DNA from: Hypanus sabinus | Lineage: Eukaryota | Direction of reading: 5' to 3' | DNA: 64,000 nucleotides | NCBI RefSeq assembly: GCF_030144855.1 | Contig: NC_082721.1 | Span: 42,966,001 to 43,030,000 of the forward strand | Part shown: positions 26,967-38,369 of the stretch, piece after piece | How the letters are laid out: every line of letters starts with the position of its first letter | How positions within the stretch are numbered: the first letter of the stretch is position 1 | Position numbers and translations under genes: made by a program | The notes under the pieces: model-generated | Seen by the model: the letters and a program-made list of their open reading frames with translations, nothing else | Told to the model about the DNA's origin: nothing | Databases searched by the model: none

Positions 26967-27917
26967 CTGGAACGGGAAGAAGAGAAAACGTGTTTCAAGT
27001 CGGGGAAGAGCTCTTGTCAATTCACAGTTCGACAGAAGCGTAAGTAAATGGTTTCAGCTTCATTGAATGGAGCCGGGTGTCTCACTGAAAGACAGCACCG
27101 TGCCCATGGAGGACAGTGCATATTGGTTAAAACTATAAATCTACTCTAACCGGTGAGGCTTTTTGGCGTTGGGTCATTCACAGAATTGAGAGACACACTG
27201 GTATCGAAGCGCCTCCAGAGTAGTTTAAGTGCCCACTTTCTGGGCTATCAGGGACTAGTTGCTCCTCATCCGTCCAACCCACCCACTCGTCACTAATTGC
27301 CCCATGCTGTCGGTAGAATAAACATCTCACAATCTGCTCTGCCCCAGTGGGCGAGGGCACCAAAAGCCCGGCCCTGAGCTCCATGGAGCGGGGCAGGATC
27401 GGTCGCTCTGTCATCTGTGATGATGTTGAGGAATTGGGCTCTCACTTACAGTGGGAATCGGGAGGTTGGATTCTGCCGAGAATCGGAGGTCTGACCATAA
27501 TCGGTGTAGTGACCGTGATCGCTGGACAGTGGTTCCCGGAAAGAAGCAGCTCTCAAGCTCATGGGGTGGGGGGGGGGGGGGCGGCGCAGGACAGAGGAGA
27601 CCGCGGGAGAAGGTCTTATATCGGATGGGTGTCTGAGGGAGAGTTCCACCCTCAATGTGAAGACTTGAAGTTCAGTAGAAGTCCGAGGGAGGTTTTGCTG
27701 GAAAGTCCTAAACAATAACGCGGAACTTTTAATTCTACTGTGCTGGCAACCGTGGGCTGACTTCAGTCAGCAATGTCCTGTCCCCAGTGACACCTCAGGC
27801 TCCACTTTAGGAAGGTGGATCCCTCCACGTTCGTTCAAACGAACAGAAAAGCAGACAAACTAACACTGGAGCAGAAATAACACCAATGATCAGAAAGTGT
27901 TAAATCTTGCTTAGTCC

Positions 27918-28883
27918 TGTTACGTACCCCGTAACTGGGTGTCTGACCAGCAGAGAAAGAAGAATCCGTTGGAGTCTGGTGGTACCAACCTAAAGGAGTT
28001 TATTAGTAAACGACACAAAACAGTATCAAAAATACAAATATACATATAAAACAAATTAGCAGTAATAAACCTAAACGTGTAGGAATAATAATAATCAATA
28101 ATAAACAAGCTCTATTGATGTCTAGGGGTAAATGAATTGTCATAGGAAAGTATTCAGTTCAGTTCATAAATGCTGAAGTAGTTATGGTTGTTGTATTGAA
28201 ATCATTGGAGAGAGAGAGAGAGAGAGAGCGAGCCAGATGTAACAGCAACAGTTGCGGCAGGCAAACCTTTTTGTGGCTTTCTTAATCCGTCGTTTCATTG
28301 TTGTGGCCATTCAGTTATGACCCCTCTGGTCTTCAGCTAGACCGTTCTTTTGTGGTGGACTCATCACTCTGGCATGAGTGGACACACACACGAGTCCCCA
28401 CCGGCCCTGCTATAACACTGTGAGCTTTACTGACCGATCTCCTGGTTCGGTCTTTGAAGCCCCCCCACCTTTCTGTGGGTTCACAACACTCAGTCATTGT
28501 CCACTGGCGTGTCTGAAGGGTGTCTCTCCAGACCTGTCTTTTTATCCCCACTCCTGTCTTTTTATCCCCACTCACGGGGTCTCAGCTATCCATCAACTCT
28601 GAATGACCGTGTCCATCAAATCAGGCCACTCCTGCTATCTCCTGAGAAATATTAACGAGCCAAGTAAAGTCCTTGTAGTGGAAGGTAAATAATCCAGGAA
28701 GAATCATAATACAGAAAATCAGCAGTCTCTCTCCCTGTCTTATCTGTAGCAAATGTTGTTGCCTGGGCTTTATCTCGCTCTCAATAGCAGCAGAACAACA
28801 GCAATAGTTCGTAGTTCTCGGGGGGGGGGGAATGGTTAACTCTGCACCCCATTGTCCATCAGGTCTGTCCATCACTCATAACA
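27918..28883 (-). mobile_element. Solo LTR (966 bp) in the cluster 1 J-C intron
   Basis: TGTTA...TAACA termini; exact 4-bp TSD GTCC (27914-27917 and 28884-28887); absent from the paralogous intron (about 39840). Contains (GA)n near 28208 and a 20-bp tandem duplication at 28533-28572. Strand inferred from AATAAA position. Confidence 0.88.
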
Positions 28884-29694
28884 GTCCAAAAACACATCGA
28901 AAAGAGAAATACTTCATTAAAAGATGGAAACAATTCAGCAAACACAACTGTCGAGTAAAACTGAGGCTGGACAGGGTTAGATTGTAAATTAATATTTGAT
29001 GATTTCATAGTACAAAATTACAACAAAAACACAGATATCCTTAAAAACAGACTGAAAGGGTGTACGCTGAAGCTACAGCTTATTATGCCTACCCCTCTTA
29101 CTTATACAACAACATATTTGGCGTCAATCATCACACTAAAAACGAAATCTGTTAACACAAAATCCAATTCCAAATGTCATTTATTGACATTACTCCCATT
29201 CATTTAAAATCATGTATTTTCTATTTGTTCATTAAGTAATTTTAAAATAATTTTAAAAACTTGTTGTGTGGTGCATGTTTTTAAATTCTTACTGCAACTG
29301 TTCCATAGATTCACCCCTCTGACTGAAATTCATTGATTTTTTACATGTGTTCGTATCCTTTGTTTTTGAAATCTGCATTTTCCTCTTAAATCATGCCGAC
29401 TTTCTCCCATTTAAAAAAAACTTCCGATACTTTGTGGTCGCTGTCCATTTTTTACTTTATATATAATTTGTATTATTTTAAAATCTACAAAATCTGAATT
29501 TTAAAGTGTTTAGTTGAATAAATAGTGGATTGGTTGGCTCATAATAACTTGTCTTATTTACAATCCGTATAACTTTCTTTTGGAGTAGAAAAATTGAGTA
29601 TTTTCATTGTAAAATTACCATCCGAAATTACAATGTATAATTTATTAATTGTCAGATGACCGTTTTTATGCCATGGTCTTTGCAAAAGTTATTT

Positions 29695-29724
29695 CCGTAA
29701 CAAAGAGCTTGGTTAAAGCTCAAA
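29695..29724 (-). pseudogene. IgL: Degenerate Ig light-chain J segment, cluster 1
   Basis: ACC AAG CTC TTT GTT ACG G (TKLFVT) matches the cluster 2 J. The FGxG motif is destroyed and the GT splice donor is lost (G|AAATAAC). Downstream intron sequence is homologous to 40010-40060. Confidence 0.85.
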
Positions 29725-29763
29725 CACAGTGTGAGATTCCGGGCTTCAGTCCACACAGTTACC
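29725..29763 (+). other. J-side 23-bp-spacer recombination signal sequence
   Basis: Perfect heptamer CACAGTG (29725-29731), exactly 23 nt of spacer, and nonamer ACAGTTACC (6/9 to ACAAAAACC), abutting the J. Confidence 0.72.
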
Positions 29764-31218
29764 CAGGACCCTGTAATCAGGCAGAAAACACGGCCCGACG
29801 TTCCTGTGTCAGCATGATACCAGACTTCACACATCCCGACTGTTCCAGACTGTGAGGGGTTGGAGGGGTGGATTCACAGCCGTATCGACAGACTGACATT
29901 AAACGCCATCAAACACTCGGCAGTGAGCGACGGGATGAATCTTTCCAAACACAACACGATTGAAATTGGAAAATACTGGTTCCGGTGACGTCATTGTCGA
30001 GAATGGCAGCTGAAGTCACCAGCTCCTCCGGAAAAACGCGTATTAAGCCTCGTTAGCCCATCAAATATTGTGTTTTTCGAAAGCATTTGAACTGATAAGA
30101 GGGGCAAAAATGGGGAAAAAGAATGGAAATAAAAAAAGCGACACTGCGGAGCCTTAGGCCGAGAGGAGTGCAGCGAGGCGGACGCTGTGCCTCGTTCAGG
30201 CGCAGCGGCGAATATGATCGAAACTTTGAAAGAGATAAGGGAGTTCCGGAAAGATATAGAACAGCAGCTACATGATATTAAGTCAGAGCTCGCCAACGTC
30301 AACAAAAAATAGCGGTGGCAGAGACGCGAATTGAGAAGGAGGAAGATCGCGTTCAAAACGTGGAACGGATACTGAGTAAGGCAATAAAAATATTAAACCA
30401 CCAAGAAGTTAAACTGCTTGACCTGGAGGGAAGATCACGGCGGAAAAATATCAGAATCTACAACGTTCCCGAAGGAGCGAAGGGCTTGTCTATGACAGAG
30501 TTTGTCGGAAAGTTACTGCGGGAAGCGCTGGAGCTTCCCTCGACTATGGAGCTAGAAATTGAGAGAGCGCATCGCGCGCTCGTCCCGAAGCCTACCCGGG
30601 ATAGAACAGATAAGCTACGCTCAATAATAATCAAATTCCTTCGGTACAGTACCAAGGCAGAGATTCTACGAAGGGCCTGGGGTAAGAAGAGAGTGTTTTT
30701 AGACGATAAATTAATATATTTCGACCAAGATTACCACCCCCGGTTCTGCAGAATCGTAAAGAATACTCTGAAGTAAAGCGAATACCAAAACAAGAAATGA
30801 TTAGATTTCAAACTCTGTACCCTGCTAAGCTTCGAGTATTTTATCAAGATGGGATCTAACTGTATCAGACAGTGGAAGAGGCGACTATAGACATGAAGGC
30901 CAGAGGGTTGCCCGTCAGCGTGATCAAACCGAGGGAAAGCCAGGCAGAGGAATTATCCCGCTCTGCTTGGGAAATAGTGCGAGAATCGAGAAGGCAGGAG
31001 ACGGGAGGAGGCCGAGAGAAGTATATCAGGAAGAGACTGGGAGTTTTCCAAAGACTGCCCTCACCCCCTCCAGAAGAGCCATAAGATTTGGCTAACTTTA
31101 AAACTGTTAAGAAGCTAAACAGAAGCAAAAGTAGACAGTGATATACCTATATCGAGAAATAATTATTATAATGTAGATTTTATATGACTTAATTGTTATT
31201 CCTTATTCGCTCACTTAC

Positions 31219-31354
31219 NNNNNNNNNNNNNNNNNNNNNNNNNNNNNNNNNNNNNNNNNNNNNNNNNNNNNNNNNNNNNNNNNNNNNNNNNNNNNNNNNN
31301 NNNNNNNNNNNNNNNNNNNNNNNNNNNNNNNNNNNNNNNNNNNNNNNNNNNNNN
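31219..31354. other. Assembly gap (136 N)
   Basis: Run of N. Confidence 1.
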
Positions 31355-31910
31355 ATCTTTTCTGTGTAATTCATTTGTTCACTGACTTTTATGAATACTG
31401 CAATGGGGGCCCTCAACTCACAAGTAGGAGGGGTTATCCCCTACAGCTAGACATTTCCTCTAGCTCAATGCAGGGTCATCTACCAGAGATCTCAGCCTTG
31501 GAATCACACATTCGTTGCCATTTTTGTTATTATTTGCGTTTCTTGGTTCTTATTTGTTCAGGGAGTAGATCGATTGAGTTTTATTCTGCTAATTACAATG
31601 ATACGTTGACAGATAAATACAGATGGCTAAGGACAAAGTAAAATTCATTTCTTTTAATGTCAATGGGCTATGAAATCCAATCAAACATAATAGAATTTTA
31701 TGCAAAATGAAAAAAGAACAAGCCCATGTCGTGTATTTACAGGAAACTCATTTAAGCGATATTGAGTATAGAAAACTAAAGAGAATGGGCTTCACTAATT
31801 TGTTTTTCTCCTCATATAAACCAGGACATAGGAGAGGAGTTGCTATTCTTATCTCAAGTAAGCTAAATTTTGAAAAAGTATTTGAAATGGGTGATAAAGA
31901 GGGCAGATAT

Positions 31911-32060
31911 AAAGAGGGGTATTGATAGGGACAAGGCAGGGACTGGGTATTGAGAGGGACAAGGCAGGGACTGGGTATTGATAGTGAATGATTAGCCATG
32001 ATCTCAGAATGGCGGTGCAGACTCGAGGGGCCGAATGGTCTACTTCTGCACCTATTGTCT
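31911..32060 (+). mobile_element. 150-bp 5'-truncated CR1 insertion within the L1 family B endonuclease
   Basis: Matches the 3' end of the CR1 at 7716-9120. TSD ATAT. Removing it restores EGRY|VLVRGNIDG. Confidence 0.85.
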
Positions 32061-35000
32061 ATATGTTCTGGTAAGGGGGAATATAGATGGAAATTCAGTT
32101 ACTCTATTGAATATATATGCACCCCATGAAGTAAGATTGGCTTCTTTCAGGAAATTACTGATATTAAGGTTGCGGAACCAGAAGGTCTCCTGATATGTGA
32201 GGGAGACTTAAATTTACAATTACAACCAAACTTAGACTCTTCAAATAGAAAAACCTATGAAACAAAATCCTTACATAAGAAAGTTAATACACTTTTTGAG
32301 GATGTTGGTTTAATTGATATATGGAGGGACCTTTTCCCTGACAGAAGGGATTACACTCATTATTCTGCTCTCCATTCTATATATACAAGAATAGACTATT
32401 TCATTACATTTGGAAAATACAAAGACAAAATAAACACCTGTGGAATTGGGCAATAGATATAAGCGACCATGCACCTATATATTTATCTGTTGATTTTGAC
32501 CTACAACCAAAGAATATGATTTGGAAACTAAATTCAGGTCTACGCAATGATTTGTATTTTAAGGAACAAATTAAAAAAGAAATTGGTCTCTACTTAGAAT
32601 TTAATGATAATGGAGAGGTTTCACCTCCCATTTTATGGGATACTCTGAAGGTTGTCTTAAGAGGTTGTCTTATAGCAATATCTTCATATAAGAAAAAAAA
32701 GGAATAAAACATTAGAGGAATTACAAAATAGGTTGAAGGAACTAGAGAAAACATTAATTGAATTTGGCACAGGATACATTAGGGGAAAGTAAAAGGATTA
32801 GGAATGAAATTAATAGTTTGGCTATGCAAGAAATCAGGAAAAATTTAATGGTTCTGAAACAGAGACATTATGAAAGTGGATCAAAGTCAATGAAAATACT
32901 GGCGTGGAAACTGAAAAAAAAAGATAGCAGAAAATGCAATTCATAGAATTAGGGACCCAAGAACGAAAATGATAAAAAAAATAAGCTAAGTGAAATTCAA
33001 GAAGCTTTTGAAGTGTTTTACAAAACTCTATATTCCAAAATTCCATGGGGAAGCATAACCCAAATTGACATCTTCTTGAATTCTCTAGAGTTACCCACCT
33101 TAAGCAAAATAGAATGATGATTGCTGGCTTAACTGAAGTTGAATTAAAAGCTGCAATTAATAGGCTTAAATTAAGCAAGCCACCAGGATCAGATGGGTAT
33201 ACAGCAGAGTGGTACAAAGAATTTAAGAATGAGTTAATTCCTGGCTTACTCCCCACACTGATCTGGGCTCTAAAAAGGGCACAAATGCCACTCAGTTGGA
33301 AGGAAGTGATAATATCAGCGATACCAAAAGAACGTAAGGATAAAATGGAATGCTGGTCATTTAGACCAATATCCATTCTTAATGTAGATTATAGATTATT
33401 TACCTCCATCATTGCCAAATGATTAGAGGAGTTTCTACCCATACTGATACGTAATGATCAGAAAGGTTTTATGCGACAATGCCAAACACAAGACAATATA
33501 CGAAGGATACTTCACATTATGGATCATATACAAAAAAAATCGAAGCAATAGTGATAAGCACAGACACTGAAAAGGCATTTGATTTGGTTAATTGGAATTT
33601 TCTTTACAGAGTTTTACTTAGAATTGGTTTCCAGGACATAAATATTAAAACTATACAGAGACTATATAACAATCCTACTGGTAGGATTAAAATCAATGGA
33701 TATTTATCAAATAGCCTTACTCTAGAAAGGGGCATGAGACAGGGTTGTCTTCGCACCGCTGCTCTTCGCAGTATATCTGGAACCATTAGCTCAATACATC
33801 AGACAAAATGAAGATATCAGGGGAATTACTATTAAAGGGACAGAGCATAAATTGGCTTGTTACGCAGATGACATTTTGATCTATCTAGGGCAACCAACAT
33901 ACTCTTTACCTAAATTGATGCAATCCCTTGAACAATATGGTCAATTATCAGGATACAAGATCAATATAGATAAAACCCAATTACTTTCATATTACTGTAG
34001 CCCATCAAGAGAAATTGAAAGTAGATATCCCTGGGCATGGCAGAGTCTTTCAAATATTTGGGCATCATAATGCCAAAAGATTTGGCAAAATTATCAGAAT
34101 GCAATTATCAGCCTTTATATAAAAATTAAGGAAGATATGGCAACATGGAACCTGATTCCCTTTTTCAGTCTTAGTTCAAGGATTGAGTCTATTAAAATGA
34201 ATATACTGCCCAGACTGTTATATCTCTTTCAGACCCTACCAATAGAGATTAATCAAAATCAATTCAATGAATGGAACAAGATGTTATCAAGGTATACTTG
34301 GCAGGATAAAAGGCCTAGAGTTCATCTCGATACTTTGCAATTAGCAAAGGAAAAGGGGGCCTACCTTCTCTTAGTGATTATTATTTTGCAGCACAGTTGA
34401 GAGCTGTGATATGTTGGTGCAACCCATCATATGACGCTCAATGGAAAAACATTGAGGAGCGGGTACTTCCTTCCTCATACAAGCAATTTTGGCTGATAAC
34501 AACCTGCAAAGGTACCTAAATACTACTGATAACCTATGGGTGAAATTGACTCTTAAAATATGGAGAACTACTATAAAAGAGTATAATCTAGAGGGAGATA
34601 TTGCAATTCTTAAATGGTGTGCACATGACTCTGATTTTACACCAAATAAATTGGATGTTGGATTTAAGGACTGGACAGCTAAAGGAATAACAATTTTTTG
34701 CAACATAATGCAAGAAGGAAAACCGTTCAGTTTTGAAATGCTTAAAAGAAATACTTATTAGAAAAACAAGATTTTTATCGGTATTTACAGATGCAACAAT
34801 ATGTTAATAAGACGCTTAAAATGTAACCAAGGCAAGTACATGCTTGATAGAGCTATTTAGTAAAGCATATAATTCAGATGATGGTAGTAGAATAATTTCA
34901 AGCATGTATAAGGGGTTGTCAAATCTTAAATCACATTCGACTTCATACATTAAAACAAAATGGGAGAAGGAAGGAGGGATCATTATATCTGAGTAAGAAT

Positions 35001-35902
35001 GGACAATAATATGGAGCTATCAATGCAAGTGTACCAGTTCACAGAAATGGAGGGAGTTTGGATGGAAAAACTTGATAAGATATTTTATTACACCCTCTCA
35101 GAAATCCCATTATGATAGTAACTACCCTGTTTTCTGGAGAAATTGTGGAAGTCAAAATGCAAATTATTATCATATTTTTTTGGGACTGCCCTGTTATCAA
35201 AGACTATTGGAGGGGGATTCACAATGCCCTACAAGCCATCTTTAAATGTGAAATACCCTTAGAGAGTAAGACCATACATTTTGGATATATACCTCAAGAA
35301 TGGTTGAAAAGAGATAAATATTTAATGAATATACTGTAGGTGGCAGGTAAAAAGACTCTTATTAGGAAATGATTATCACAGGAGAGCTCAACTTTAAATG
35401 CATGGATGGAAATTACAATGGACTTTACAAAATGGAGAAGATAACAGCATCTGTTAATCATAAGCTGGAACAATTTGATTCATACTGGGAAAAATGGTTT
35501 AACTACATAATACCTCATAGGCCTGATTTTATTCTCACAAATCAATGAATATGTTGTAAAAAAAGATCACTCCCTACTTGTACATAGATTTTTTTTCCTT
35601 TTGCTTGTTTTATCTCTCCACTCTTTTCTATAAGTGTATACCTCAGATAAATACTTTGTGGAGATTTGTGATATATATGATTATATGATAAATATGTACA
35701 ATGTCTGAAATACATCTTATGGAAATGATTGTTTGATGATGAAAATTAAAAAATAAATAAATGAATTAAAAATAAATTACAAAAAGAAGAAATTGAAAAA
35801 TACTGTATAAAGGGTAAAATTAAAGTGACTTTATGAAGAGCGAACGATGCGAATGTTTCCATCCGATACAAAGTTGTCAAGTTTGTCATGTCTGCTGATC
35901 CC

Positions 35903-35930
35903 AGTTTTTGTTTTACCTTCTTTCGCTGTG
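35903..35930 (-). other. V-side 12-bp-spacer recombination signal sequence
   Basis: CACAGCG heptamer (35930-35924), 12-nt spacer AAAGAAGGTAAA, and nonamer ACAAAAACT (35911-35903), immediately after the V coding end. Confidence 0.95.
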
Positions 35931-36243
35931 ACAAGTAGCCACTGCCCGATGAAAACCACTTTGCGCAGTAATAGACGGCAGCGTCATTCATCTCCACATT
36001 GTTTATGATCAACGGGTACTCGGTGCCGGCGCTCTTGACTGTCGATGTGAAGCGGTCGCTGCTAAACCCAGGGCTGTAGTTTGGTCTTCTCTAGGTATGA
36101 TACTGATAGAGTATGGAACTGTTGAACTGTTCCCGGTGTCTGCTTGTACATAATAGCTATCCTTTGTTCGGATGTTACAATTCAGTGTGGTCGTGGCTCC
36201 TGGTCTCACCAACACGGCCGGGTGAGAGTCTGAGGTTCTCCAG
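35931..36243 (-). pseudogene. IgL: Unrearranged Ig light-chain V exon, cluster 1 (sigma-like), with multiple frameshifts and a stop
   Basis: VRPGATTTLNCNIRTKD...YKQTPGT...YSPGFSSDRFTSTVKSAGTEYPLIINNVEMNDAAVYYCAKWFSSGSGYL. There is a frameshift in FR1, an 8-nt deletion removing the conserved Trp, and TAG in CDR2. The long CDR2 and the FSSDRFTST motif suggest sigma. Confidence 0.93.
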
Positions 36244-36348
36244 CTGTAAACAAAACCAGAAATTCAACTTCAACCATTGACTCTTTAATGTGACCCCAAG
36301 ACCGACCTCAACCAACGCTGGCGATGCAGATTTGCTGCCTGTACTTAC

Positions 36349-36394
36349 AGCCCAGACACACTGCCAGAGACCAGAAAAAGCACAGCGTCCGCAT
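36349..36394 (-). pseudogene. IgL: Leader exon of cluster 1 V (MRTLCFFWSLAVCLG)
   Basis: 46-nt exon from ATG to a phase-1 GTAAGT donor; 105-nt intron to the acceptor at 36244. Confidence 0.92.
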
Positions 36395-36474
36395 CGTTGC
36401 TGCCCGTCAGCTTCCTGCCTTCCTTCTGTCGATGGATTTATGACTGACCGGCCGCCGCTGCCGATGGAGCCCAG

Positions 36475-36537
36475 TTATAGAGCCATTCACACCAGGGACG
36501 GAATCCATGCAAATCAGGTCGAGTCACACTGACCAAT
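36475..36537 (-). promoter_or_regulatory. Ig light-chain promoter, cluster 1: TATA-like element, intact octamer/decamer, CCAAT
   Basis: CTATAA (36480-36475); TGATTTGCAT on the gene strand (ATGCAAAT at 36507-36514); CCAAT at 36533-36537. The layout is conserved in the paralog. Confidence 0.85.
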
Positions 36538-36646
36538 AGAGCGGGGATCTGAAACCCTCCCATTCGCCGTTGCACACCATCAGGTTGAGACTGTCAGCAA
36601 ATGACCTGTTCAAAACAACTCGCGACTGAAAAGGTCGTTCATTCAT

Positions 36647-38235
36647 TCCGTGAGCCAGGACCCCAGATTTGGGCCACCAGTACCATCTTGGGGGAATAAT
36701 TCTTATAGTGATTTTTAGCAAGGTATACACCCCTACAACTAGAAAATATGTGATAGCATTGCAGCGTGGTAGCTTTCTGTGTGTTATCACTCGATTTATA
36801 ACCCCATGCTAAAACACACTTTTCAAAACTAGACATAGCAGAGAATAAAGCATTCTACTTCAAACTGATGGTTCTCTCTTATTATTGACTCTTTGTCTTT
36901 GAAAACTGGCGGCAATATAGCTCAGGCAACATGTATTTCAGAAAAATTGTTAAAATGAACATCTCTACAAATGTCATCTATTACTGGCAGTGACAACACA
37001 GTGACTATACAATACATAAGATGTACTTCAGTTTTCATGTGCTGTTTCACATTTGTATCTTGTATATCACCATTTATACATACATTTACATCACCTTTGC
37101 AGCAGGTGCTTTTTTCACCAGCAATGTTAATGTGATTTTTTTTCTGTTTCAGGTACTGTGGTGGTGGGATTGTCCTGCACAATAGAGGAGAGAGAAGAGT
37201 AGAGTAGATTTAGAACTGGAGTAGCTGAATCACTTTGCTTCAGAATGGAGAGCCATAAGCACAAATAATCTATTAAGAAGCAATGTATCATACACCGAAA
37301 AACATCCTGTTGGCAGAGGGTGGAAGATGGAGAGAGAAGAGGAAGCTGTACAGTTGGTGGTGCACTGGATGGAAGGCCAGCCAGCAACCGATGTTGTCCT
37401 GGGTCTTCTGGCCTGTAACTGTACAAAAAAATGTTCACTCCCAAGATGTATGTGTTGCAAATGGCCTCAGGTGTACTGACGTGTAGACTGGCAGACTGTG
37501 AGAACCAGGCATCCACCTCAGAGGGTGTGGAAAGTTCAGATGAATAGGATGTGGGAGACGTGGAAGACCTGGAAAATCATTTTGATTACTCATATGTTAT
37601 GAAATTATGGAAAACAAAGTATGGAAAGTAGTCTTTGAAAATATGGAAATATGGAAAATATCATGACATTGATAGAACTCCAGAAATCTCTCCAAATGAG
37701 TTTTTTTTTACCTGGGGGTGGGGAGTGGTAATATTTTCTGCTGTACTGATGTTAATATGGAATATATACAAAAAGTGATTACTTATTTGAATTCCTGAAT
37801 AAATTCTCTACAAATTCATGTGATGTTATGTGCCCTAGGGTTTTTATTGACTTTTCCAAAATAAGCAACAGACAAATATTTTTCTAAAAATGTAATGATT
37901 CACTCTGCTGAAATTGGGCATTGTACTTCCAGTGTTACCAATGACATAGGTTTCAATATCGAATTTTATAACAACTTTTGATGAAAAATGCTTGAACTCA
38001 GCTATCATTGTGACACATTTCAATGTTGAGGGATCACTTATGATAAAATACCATCAGGTTGAATATATATGTTGTACATTATATTGGCCACTTTTCAGAA
38101 ATGCTTATTTTAGGGTAGTGTTATAAAATACATGATAGCACACATAAAGCTACCACTGGTGCAATGCTATCACATATTTTCTAACTCTAGATTATTCCCC
38201 TCAGATGGTACCGACCAACCATACTGGCTCACGGA
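36647..38235 (+). mobile_element. TIR-bounded DNA transposon (about 1.6 kb, unclassified, non-autonomous) with CXC-domain remnant
   Basis: Imperfect inverted repeats of about 180 bp (36647-36830 vs 38085-38235) starting TCCGTGAGCCAG and sharing AGAAAATATGTGATAGCATTGCA. The interior (37303-37505) reads HPVGRGWKME...WMEGQPATDVVLGLLACNCTKKCSLPRC..ANGLRCTD...DCEN across small frameshifts. Confidence 0.8.
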
Positions 38236-38299
38236 CTAAATAGGAAAAACAGGAAAGAAGACAAAACGCACACACGGAAATCATTCCTGCACTGACCTC

Positions 38300-38369
38300 T
38301 TTATTGGTAGTTAGTCACCGTTACCGTTTGTTCGTCTGATTCTGACGACGAATCACAAAAACATTTATT
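38300..38369 (-). terminator. Candidate polyadenylation signals of the cluster 2 C exon
   Basis: AATAAA on the gene strand at 38369-38364 and 38305-38300, about 290-350 nt after the stop codon. Confidence 0.6.

Larger units (their letters stand above)
29979..35788 (+). mobile_element. Full-length L1/Tx1-clade LINE (family B) between V and J, inactivated
   Basis: 17-bp TSD GAAATTG(G/A)AAAATACTG (29962-29978 and 35789-35805). 5' UTR with TGACGTCA (29986-29993); ORF1 LLDLEGRSRRKNIRI...IERAHRAL; ORF2 endonuclease FISFNVNG...YLQETHL and RT GMRQGC/CYADD; A-rich tail. Many frameshifts and stops; contains the N gap. Confidence 0.92.

Noticed and set aside
36647-38235. Inter-cluster transposon as a RAG/Transib/ProtoRAG element
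   Set aside because: The termini lack the CAC heptamer-like start and no RAG1-like coding remnant is visible.
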